Source: Macrostomum hystrix (lineage: Eukaryota > Animalia > Platyhelminthes). Taken from it: 64,000 nt of DNA. A model generated the notes under the pieces. That model saw only the letters and a program-made list of their open reading frames with translations, had not been told where the DNA came from and made no database searches. Location: contig CATNEN010000039.1 in the NCBI GenBank assembly GCA_950097015.1, forward strand, positions 12,152,001-12,216,000. The letters are read 5' to 3'. Positions 12,417 to 23,300 of the stretch are shown here, piece after piece. Within the stretch, counting starts at the first letter, position 1. The number at the start of each line of letters is the position of its first letter. The position numbers were made by a program, and so were the translations under genes.

Positions 12417-15400
12417 AGACAAAGAAGAATCTTGAGAAAAACGTCTTATATGTCTTCAAATGTCTTACCCCTCCCTGTGTCTTTCGTCTCCGTCATCGTC
12501 ACCGCCGCCTCTGTCTAAACCCTCCTTACCTTCTCTATCTTCGGCCTCATCTAATTTCTTCCCACAATTCTAGGACTGTCGTCCTATTTCTCATTTGTCA
12601 TGAATAATGCAACCCAGCAAAGCATTCGGCTGGGCTTGATATATCCGAAACCTCGGCCAATGCTGCCATTCCACCGCTGCCACCATCGTCACCATCCACG
12701 AATTAGATACCCGCGGGAGAGAAGCAGGCAAGGAAACTAGTAAGGAATATAAATCTGCAAAAACTACACGTAAACGCAAAAGAACTACGCGTAGGTCTTT
12801 GGCTGCCCCACCTATCAGCTCCTCGCGTTTCTCCCTTCAGTTAAGCTTAGCTAACGCAGCAGTCAAACTTGCCAAATTAATTAAACCGCAGCTACACACC
12901 CACCACCTCACCCACCACCTCACCCACCACCTCACCCACCACCTCACCCACCACCCCGTGAATCTGTGGCCAAGCAACGCAGGCCATTGTAAGAGCAGCT
13001 AAGCATTGCTTACGACAGCGTAGGTTTAGATTTCCAACTGTCTGACTAAACCGTAAAAACGTCGACTCAGTCCTATGCAATGCGGTTTAGTTTAGACAAT
13101 GGCGATGGAATAGGCTATTAAGCTTTCTGCCGTTTAAAGCTTTTAGCTTCCATTCATCTGCACCCGCAATGGATCGTCACTGTAGCATTGTCAACTATTA
13201 TCACAATTCTGTTGAGTAATAGAAAATTATCGAGAACGAGAAAGAGATTTTGCTTCCATTGAGAACTACTCCCATCTCCGTTGAATTTGAAAAGCCCTGT
13301 TTTTTTACAACATTTATATTTTGTTATTGCAGTTTAGCAAGGCTTTTTTACATTGCAGTGCTAGGCCATGTCAAGATACATGTCTAGAGTTTTACATTCC
13401 TGTCTGTTAAAAAAGGGTACTTTTGTCGAGAAAAAATATACAGACACATTGAGAGCAAAGAGACGCGATTATATGAAAGAAATTAGCACAGAAACCCCCT
13501 GAATATTTTGAGGATGAAATCAGTTTACTAATATAAAACGGATTATACTAGCCTTTCCAGAATTTCGGCGCATAAGTTTTTTATCGATAAAAGTCTCGAT
13601 TTAATTTTTTTTATAATCGGAAAGTTGAAGACTTGCTAAATCCTGTTTGTGTGAGCGTATGTACTCTTATGACTGCTCCGCACAATGAGACCAAAAACAA
13701 TAAACAACTCTACTGCTCACCAACCAGCAGTCACTCTTTATATATTACGGACACTGTATCGCCATTAGAATAAAGGCAAGCGAACAGAGGCCATTGGCAA
13801 TTCCTAAAAGCGGCCTCTGTAATCCCCGCCCCCGCTTGCTCAAAATCTTCAGCTAGTTTAGCGGCTTAGTTCCGCAGCTGGCATCCGCTTGCAAATCCTG
13901 ATGAATCGGTCTGAAAAATGCAGACTCCATTTTTTGTTGACCTTTCCGCTCGTCTTAAATTCTTGAAACAAAGACACCTGTGTCTGTATCGGTGTCTGTC
14001 ACGGGCTGCAGATCCGTGATAAGTTATTTAAAGGGAAACAATTGTTTACACTGGTTTCGGGTCAACTGTCAAATTTTGACACGCCCAGATGCTGTACTCA
14101 ATTATTGCGTGTCACAAATTGCTTCAACTAGAAAAGACGAAATTCAACTTAGCTCTCCGTCTTCAATTTAATAGTAAATGCAATCACTTTTCCTACGCGT
14201 ACAAAAAAAGTTCCCCAAACATAATCTTGATCTCATAATGTCGATTTTGCGTTAAAGACAACAAAATGAATCGCGTAACTGGACTGGCGCATCTGAATGT
14301 TCGCGAATGGCGAACCACACGGCTAAACTTTTCCAGACCTGACAGGACGCATGGAGGCCATCGCCAAGCTGCTGGACAGCTCCGGCAACAACTCCGCTCG
14401 GCTATCCCGCGCCCTCAGCCGCTACTGCAGCGGCACGGCTGCTGTGCGTCGGCTCAGCTCGCAGTTGGCGGCGGCCTCCGCCACGGCCGGCTCGGCGGCG
14501 GGGGCTGCCGCAACCGCTGTGAGCGGTGTACCCAGACGGCGCAGTCAAGGCACAGCCGGGATGCGATCAGCGGCTGCCTGGGAGCACTTTGGAGGTGGTC
14601 TGGGTATTTTATAGCGAAATGACCAAAAATAAAGTCATGATTTGAGTCAAAAGACACCTCTGTAACCTATTTCTCCGATTTTTTTGTTACGCTCTATATT
14701 TAGTTGACTTGTTTTAGTGCATCATGTACTTTTCGCTCCAGTTTTTTGTATCCGTAAAAACCTGCAGTGCAAACCTCCCTATAGACACCTACATTATTAG
14801 AGTCTCTATAGTTCTGTGTCTCTCGAGCACGCTCGTAAGTGTCCAAAGCTCTGGTGCTCAGAGTTAATGCAATGTCCTCATACCCAAGCGACTAGTGTAC
14901 TAGTGCGGTGTGACCTAAGCCAGTTGCCATTGTGTAGATCAAAGTCCCAGGCACACTCCCGAGGGAGTGGTCGGATAGGATTGCTGGTCGGATTTCCCAG
15001 AATATTTGGTCTTGTCTTGCCCTATTTCGAAGGCCTGAACAATAGTCAGCAGGTAATCCTTTCAAGCGCCGACAAGAGAGCATTGCACCGGATTCTGTTT
15101 CCATGCTCCGAGAAAGTTTAGTCTGAAAACTCGGTTTATGGAATCGCCGAAATACTCGAGTCTTCCCTACAGAACACGGCCGGCTTAATCCGCAGGCCAT
15201 TCTTCAAGCCAGGGTCCGCACGGATAATCCGACCCCGCATCCCGTTTTCGGGAGTTCAATCTTCTATCTGTGTGTTTTTCTCTTGAAAAAGTATCTGTCA
15301 GATCGCATCTGCTGCCTGGGGCTCCGAAAATCCAGCGCAATGCGCTTTAATCCTACAGACTTAATCGCTTCTTCTGTAATTGGCGACAATCGGCTGATTT

Positions 15401-17308
15401 TGCCTCATCCTCAACAGTCAATTTCAGACTCCAGGGCGGAGATTAATTGATTGTGTGTGCTGGATGATGTAGCGGAAAATATTCTGCTACTTCTGATTCA
15501 GCATTGGGCCAGTGGGCGGAGGAGGAAGGCGGAGAGGCCTGTCATCGTGGCTGCAATTTAGGCCCGATAAACTGGCTCTAGAGTTTAAACGTCGAGTCTG
15601 CAAAGACAAATAGAAACATAATGCGCTGGTTTTGGTTAAGCTTGCACAAGCTTTAGTGATTAGCTCTCTTGTTTTTTATGTTAATCTCATATTGCTCACA
15701 CGGACTCAAACATTGCGGGAACAGAAAGGTTGCCAGATCCGGAGTGGAGCAAGCAAAATATTCGAGAGTGCTTCGAATTTTTTCAGAACACTGAAAGCGT
15801 GCACATTGTTTGACTATAAGAAACTGTTAAGTGTTATCAACAGTTAAAGTTTAATTATTTCCTGTTTGCTGGTGCTGACTGTACTTAGTTAAGTGGGTCT
15901 TTGACTGTCGCGTCTGCCGCCGCGTTATGAGGTCTCACTACTCAAAGTCTCGCTTCCAGTCATACTGTCCCTGGGTGGCGAACCTCTTCTTCCAGTCGTA
16001 CTGTCCAGGAGCGGCGAACCTCTTCTTCCAGTCGTACTGTCCAGGAGCGGCGAACCTCTTCTTCCAGTCGTACTGTCCAGGAGCGGCGAACCTCTTCTTC
16101 CAGTCGTACTGTCCCTGGGCGGCGAACCTCTTCTTCCAGTCGTACTGTCCCTGGGTGGCGAACCTCTTCTTCCAGTCGTACTGTCCAGGAGCGGCGAACC
16201 TCTTCTTCCAGTCGTACTGTCCAGGAGCGGCGAACCTCTTCTTCCAGTCGTACTGTCCCTGGGCCGCGAACCTCTTCTTCCAGTCGTACTGTCCCTGGGC
16301 GGCGAACCTCTTCTTCCAGTCGTAATGTCCCTGGGCCGCGAACCTCTTCTTCCAGTCATACTGCCCAGGAGCGGCGAACCTCTTCTTCCAGTCATACTGC
16401 CCAGGAGCGGCGAACCTCTTGAGCTCGAGCTCGTGCTCTGGAGTCTTGGCCTCGCCGTTGTGCACCAAAGCCAGCAGCAGTGCAACAGTAGCCGCAGTCG
16501 TAGCAGCAGACAAATGCATTCTTGGCGATGGTTTCAAATATACCAATCTGCTTAGCTATTCGCTGTCCGTACTAAACCTGCTCTTGGTTTCTAATTCTCT
16601 CAGCGTGTCTGACAGTGAAAGGAAGAACCGCTCGTGAGATCGCTGAGTCGCTCTTAATAGGCAAGTCGCGAGTTGAGACCGGACCGTATCGACCTGCGTG
16701 ACGCTCTTGGCGCGGGTTGTCGGGTCTCTTTTCACCGTTTTTCCTGCCTACCTCTCCATGGCGCTCAGCCTGTCAGCCAATGATGCGGCGCGATGTAAGA
16801 GGCTGGGAAGAATTTTTTTGCACTTGGACAGGCCAAGTAAAGAATTGGCGCATTAGCCCATTGGCCCATTGAAGTTGCTGGCCAAATATGGAGGCCTAAA
16901 ATTTCTAGATTTCGCGCGGGCGTGCATTTGTTAAGTAGTTATTCTCAGCAATAAAACTTTTGCAATACTTCCAAAATTGATTAATGAACATTCATTCCAT
17001 ATGCAGAAATGGATAATTTCATCTTTTTTGGAAAAATGACGTGCCTCCAATTGTAGATTCATGTTTCTGACTTTTCGAAGTCATGTTATACTCGTGCTGC
17101 TCATGTGTATTAACCAACAACCATTCAGTGGCAACAAGTAGATTCTCGATTTTGTGTTGGTCTGTGAAATGATAATAATATTCTCGTCTATTGTGTGCTC
17201 GATTCCCTCCTGTATTTTTGCGTACTAAAGTAGGTACTAAAGTGGCTAGCGAGAAAACAGAAAAATAACTTTTTTATTTTTAATACAGGTGCTGAAAGTC
17301 AGCAAAAG

Positions 17309-17340
<32 letters not shown>

Positions 17341-20300
17341 ACAGTCGCTGCCGCAACAGCAGTTAAGATCAGCAACGGCAGCCGGCTTTAACAGCAACAG
17401 CAACAGCGGCGGCGGCGGCAACAAGATGAGTAAAACAGGCAGCAGTCCAGGCTTCAATGTGCGCACTGCGCCCAGAAAAGGTTCGGCGACTGACATCTAT
17501 GGTGTCGGCTCCGGAGCGGTGAGTTGAATCTGATCATGGTGAATGACGATGACGGAAGCGACTGATGCTGCATGGCTCAGAGAACTCTACCATGCTTGAT
17601 GCTGACGATGTTGCTTATCTCTGAGAAATATTTTAGCTGGACAAAATTTTAGGCTGAGCTAGTCAGATAACGAGTCCGACGTGTGCCCTCGCTTTCTGGA
17701 CAGATCCATAAGAGTGCCCCAGGTTGTACAAGCTACCATGTTCACTTTTTAGCTTATTTTTCTCTTGCCCAAGAGTTTAACTAATTATTCTAAATTTTAG
17801 GTCAGGCCAACCCGGTACCCACTATCTGTTAGCCAAGCAACTAAAGAATTCTGTATCACGCATAGTCGATAATCTAGGATTCCACGCTTCGAATAAATGG
17901 CTAAACGTATTTGTTTTAAAGCTAAAATTTCGACTGCATGCTTCCTGGCAATTAAAATTCGCCTAGCCGACGACAAGGAGGGTGAGCGGTTAACGCGTTT
18001 GCCTCTCGCGCCAAGGTCATTGAGCTCGGCACATTCATTTGGGGCGCAGCCACGGAGAGAAGGCTTTTCGTGCAATGTACGCCCTTGATGACCAACCAGG
18101 GCAGATGTACACTTATGCCTGCATACGGTATCTGTGTGCGGCTGTGCTCAGGAGTCAGCAAAATGGGCCGGCTAAATTTTTAAATAAATTATTACTATTA
18201 CTATTAGCCGATGCGAATAATACAAAATTTCACTTCATGAAAAGTGAAGTATTTTTATTGCACTATCAACAACTCAGATACCTGATTTTCGGCCTCCGAA
18301 GTAGCCAGGCATCGCTGCGCCCCATAATTGTCTACATTCTTCACGTTCCACACTTCAAGCAGGTCACAAGCAGAAATAATTAGGAGAAGTTAGGTTCACG
18401 GATCGTGCAGGGTTCTTGAGAGTACTTGACTCGAAAATAGTAGAGGCTCCCTGATCACCGACAACAAGCCTGCCCAATTCGATTCCGTACGCATTTGCCA
18501 ACCTGCAGTCGCCCCACAACACAAAGCAGTCAGACAAAGCAGAGAATTCTTCGTCTGTCTCAGAGTCGCTGAGGCGAGCCGCTCTGCTGCGCTCCAGCCA
18601 TGACCGCACGGTCAGCAGGCGGATCGTCTCGTGCGCCGCAACTGGCAGCGGCTACAGAAGAGCAGAAAAGCCTGGCAGCGGTGTGCCCCCGCCGAAGCCA
18701 CCCCCTCGACCGAAGCATTCGCTTTCGGTGCCGGTAAATCTTGTTGCGGATTTTGTCACAAAGAATCTGGCTGGTCCATCCGCTTTGTGTACTGTCGCTT
18801 CGTGCTTTTTACTGTTGAGGCTAAATTTTACAAAAGTTTACGGAGCAGAGGACTTAGCCAGTACTTAAGAGCTTATACTGCAGTGCGTTACATTTCAAAG
18901 CTTGCCAATATTTTAGACTCACTTGGGCACTATGATACCATTGGTGATATCTAATTTAGTTTTTACCCCATCGTTTAACCAATCATTGAAACGTTTTATG
19001 CCCAAATAAAATCTGGTTCATTCTTCACAAGTCTGAAATCTAGCTCGCAGTGACAGCAGTTGTTTGATACTAACTGGCAGTTACCACTTCACCCTGACAC
19101 TCTAGCCTTGATCTTACTGATAGAAAGAGGTGGAGTTAGTTTGAGTTCCATCGATGTCAAAGCTGTTGCTGGTCAACAAAGTAAAAACTAGCTTCGGCTC
19201 TTCTCTGCCATTATTCTAAATGATTTCTAAAGGTTTAGAGCTGAGTGAGCATAGTACATTCAATCCGTCACTCTGACAGGCCTGACACTGTCGATGCCGG
19301 CAAGTCCATTGTCGCCTGATTCAAGAAATAAAAAGCGGCAACTCTGCCGCCAAGCTGCACGGCATCTCGCCGTTGTTCCAGAATCTTCTCATAATTTAAT
19401 TAGCCTTCAGTCAGTTTGCAGTTCCTGACCCTATTCAAGTCACCAGTTGCTAGTGGGGTCTGAATCCAGCACCCCTTACCGCATGCAGGCAGCATCCTCG
19501 CTCCTCAGTGCACCCATCCCGTCTCATGAAGGCTTAGTGTTTGCACTGCGGTCCCACGATAATTCAGCTTAGTGCCTTATTCATTTCTTCACAATTTTGT
19601 CATCTCTCCCCAAATACGGGAGTGAGGGCTGATGAGGGGGCTGTGGAGGAGCCTCATCAGTGCGGGACAGGCTGCAAGAAATTTCTTGGCCGAGAGTACC
19701 TTATTGTTGCCATGAAAGCATTTCAGCGTATTTCCCCAGTCAAATATCGCCCCTCCGGTATCCCAGTGAAGAGGCCACTTGTTCTTTGGCTGCATGCGAA
19801 TTGTACTCAATGGCTTGCTTGCCTACCGTCTGCCTCGTAAAGACGAGGGGACTAATATCGTATTTAGTTTTGAAATGGAGAAAAACTCATGGTCGATTTT
19901 GCACAACTTCAGGCTGAAGATTAAGGCGAGATAAAATAAATTCAAAGTTGATTTAGTTTCCTAATTTTGCTTTTACATCTAAAGCGTTTTGCTTCCTAAA
20001 TGAGACTTTAAGAAGACAGACGAAATCGGACCTAATCTTCTTGACAAACTTTGAATGTTCCTCTTAGTTTCGATTAGGAAGCCGTAACTTGCATAAGCTG
20101 CACCCCAAAGGGTCTTTAATTACTGGGACTTGTGTAATTACCTGTCATTAGCGGCATAAATCGTATAGCTGTAACCAAGGGACTAGGAAACCGACAATTC
20201 AGTACAGAACGCATTATCTGTTCCATAAGTGCCACAACACCTGTTCCATAAGTGACGCATCACCTGTTCCATAAGTGTCGCAGCACCTGTTCCATAAGTG

Positions 20301-23300
20301 AAGCATCACCTGTTCTCTAAGTGTCGCATCATCTGTTCTCTAAGTGACGCATCATCTGTTCTCTAAGTGACGCATCACCTGGTCTCTAAGTGTCGCATCA
20401 TCTGTTCTTTAAGTGTCGCATCATCTGTTCTCTAAGTGACGCATCACCTGTTCTCTAAGTGTCGCATCATCTGTTCTCTAAGTGACGCATCATCTGTTCT
20501 CTAAGTGTCGCATCACCTGTTCTCTAAGTGTCGCATCATCTGTTCTCTAAGTGTCGCATCACCTGTTCTCAAAGTGTCGCATCATCTGTTCTCTAAGTGA
20601 CGCATCATCTGTTCCATAAGTGTCGCAGCACCTGTTCCATAAGTGAAGCATCACCTGTTCTCTAAGTGTCGCATCATCTGTTCTCTAAGTGACGCATCAT
20701 CTGTTCTCTAAGTGTCGCATCACCTGGTCTCTAAGTGTCGCATCATCTGTTCTTTAAGTGTCGCATCATCTGTTCTCTAAGTGTCGCATCATCTGTTCTC
20801 TAAGTGACGCATCACCTGTTCTCAAAGTGTCGCATCATCTGTTCTCTAAGTGACGCATCATCTGTTCTCTAAGTGTCGCATCATCTGTTCTCTAAGTGTC
20901 GCATCATCTGTTCTCTAAGTGACGCATCACCTGTTCTCTAAGTGTCGCATCATCTGTTCTCTAAGTGTCGCATCATCTGTTCTCTAAGTGACGCATCACC
21001 TGGTCTCTAAGTGAAGCATCACCTGTTCTCTAAGTGTCGCATCATCTGTTCTCTAAGTGACGCATCATCTGTTCTCTAAGTGACGCATCACCTGGTCTCT
21101 AAGTGTCGCATCATCTGTTCTTTAAGTGTCGCATCATCTGTTCTCTAAGTGACGCATCACCTGTTCTCTAAGTGTCGCATCATCTGTTCTCTAAGTGACG
21201 CATCATCTGTTCTCTAAGTGTCGCATCACCTGTACTCTAAGTGTCGCATCATCTGTTCTCTAAGTGTCGCATCACCTGTTCTCAAAGTGTCGCATCATCT
21301 GTTCTCTAAGTGACGCATCATCTGTTCCATAAGTGTCGCAGCACCTGTTCCATAAGTGAAGCATCACCTGTTCTCTAAGTGTCGCATCATCTGTTCTCTA
21401 AGTGACGCATCATCTGTTCTCTAAGTGTCGCATCACCTGGTCTCTAAGTGTCGCATCATCTGTTCTTTAAGTGTCGCATCATCTGTTCTCCAAGTGTCGC
21501 ATCATCTGTTCTCTAAGTGACGCATCACCTGTTCTCAAAGTGTCGCATCATCTGTTCTCTAAGTGACGCATCATCTGTTCTCTAAGTGTCGCATCATCTG
21601 TTCTCTAAGTGTCGCATCATCTGTTCTCTAAGTGACGCATCATCTGTTCTCTAAGTGTCGCATCACGTGTTCTCTAAGTGTCGCATCATCTGTTCTCTAA
21701 GTGTCGCATCATCTGTTCTCTAAGTGACGCATCACCTGTTCTCTAAGTGTCGCATCATCTGTTCTCTAAGTGTCGCATCATCTGTTCTCTAAGTGACGCA
21801 TCACCTGGTCTCTAAGTGTCGCATCACCTGTTCTCTAAGTGTCGCATCATCTGTTCTCTAAGTGTCGCATCACCTGTTCTCTAAGTGTCGCATCACCTGT
21901 TCTCTAAGTGTCGCATCACCTGTTCTCTAAGTGTCGCATCATCTGTTCTTTAAGTGTCGCATCACCTGTTCCCAAAGTGTCGCATCATCTGTTCTCAAAG
22001 TGTCGCATCACCTGTTCTCTAAGTGTCGCATCATCTGTTCTTTAAGTGTCGCATCATCTGTTCTCAAAGTGTCGCATCACTTGTTCTCTAAGTGTCGCAT
22101 CATCTGTTCTCTAGAGTAGAGGTTGTAGCCTAGTGGTTAGGGCGTCGGACTCACGACTTGAAGGTCGGGGGTTCGATTCCCGACTCCACTGGAACAATTT
22201 GCGTCCTTTAGCAAGACACTTAACTCTGCATTGCTTCAGTTCACCCAGCTGTTAAATGGGTACCAGCATTAGCTCGGATAATTGAAGGTGGGTGTGGCGT
22301 CCCCCCAGTCCATAGACTGAACAGCTGTACGCAGCCTTCTGATGCGCCGCGCATTAGCTGCGGCTGTGCTGTCGGCTGCACATCTGACCCAATTGGGGCA
22401 GGTGTAATTAAAAAAAAAGTGTCGCAGCACCTGTTCTCTAAGTGTCGCATCGCCTGTTCTCTAAGTGTCGCATCATCTGTTCTCAAAGTGTCGCATCACC
22501 TGTTCTCTAAGTGTCGCATCACCTGTTCTCTAAGTGTCGCATCATCTGTTCTCAAAGTGTCGCATCACTTGTTCTCTAAGTGTCGCATCATCTGTTCTCT
22601 AGAGTAGAGGTTGTAGCCTAGTGGTTAGGGCGTCGGACTCACGACTTGAAGGTCGGGGGTTCGATTCCCGACTCCACTGGAACAATTTGCGTCCTTTAGC
22701 AAGACACTTAACTCTGCATTGCTTCAGTTCACCCAGCTGTTAAATGGGTACCAGCATTAGCTGGGATAATTGAAGGTGGGTGTGGCGTCCCCCCAGTCCA
22801 TAGACTGAACAGCTGTACGCAGCCTTCTGATGCGCCGCGCATTAGCTGCGGCTGTGCTGTCGGCTGCACATCTGACCCAATTGGGGCAGGTGTAATTAAA
22901 AAAAAAGTGTCGCAGCACCTGTTCTCTAAGTGTCGCATCGCCTGTTCTCTAAGTGTCGCATCGCCTGTTCTCTAAGTGTCGCATCATCTGTTCTCAAAGT
23001 GTCGCATCATCTGTTCTCAAAGTGTCGCATCATCTGTTCTCAAAGTGTCGCATCATCTGTTCTCAAAGTGTCGCATCATCTGTTCTCAAAGTGTCGCATC
23101 ATCTGTTCTCTAAGTGTCGCATCATCTGTTCTCTAAGTGCCACATCACCTGTTCCATAAAACACAAAGAACTTTATGTCATTTGGACTAAACTCTTGATT
23201 CTGGGTCACAAACCCGATGCTCTAACCTCACTAAGTAACTCACTCTCACTTGAGCTCTCTCATATAGCTCCTCTGAGCAAATGTATCTAACCATTGATAA

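Larger units (their letters stand above)
20209..23158. repeat. 23-bp satellite array (AAGTGTCGCATCATCTGTTCTCT) interrupted by two SINE copies
   Basis: Roughly 100 head-to-tail monomers with no spacers. Confidence 0.97.

Noticed and set aside
12321-12518. Poly-Cys or poly-Leu ORFs
   Set aside because: (CTG)n microsatellite; no supported exon structure
15925-16485. Alternative-frame ORFs over the peptide gene (TTGRRGSP repeats; FFQSYCPGAANL repeats)
   Set aside because: Shadow frames of the 36-bp repeat; only the KKR frame has a signal peptide and processing sites
22119-22195. tRNA-Val(CAC) gene (also at +488)
   Set aside because: A and B boxes are present but the acceptor stem does not pair and the sequence continues into a SINE body and poly(A)
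20209-23158. CRISPR-like array
   Set aside because: Monomers are head-to-tail without unique spacers, there are no cas genes and the context is eukaryotic; the two inserts are near-identical SINEs
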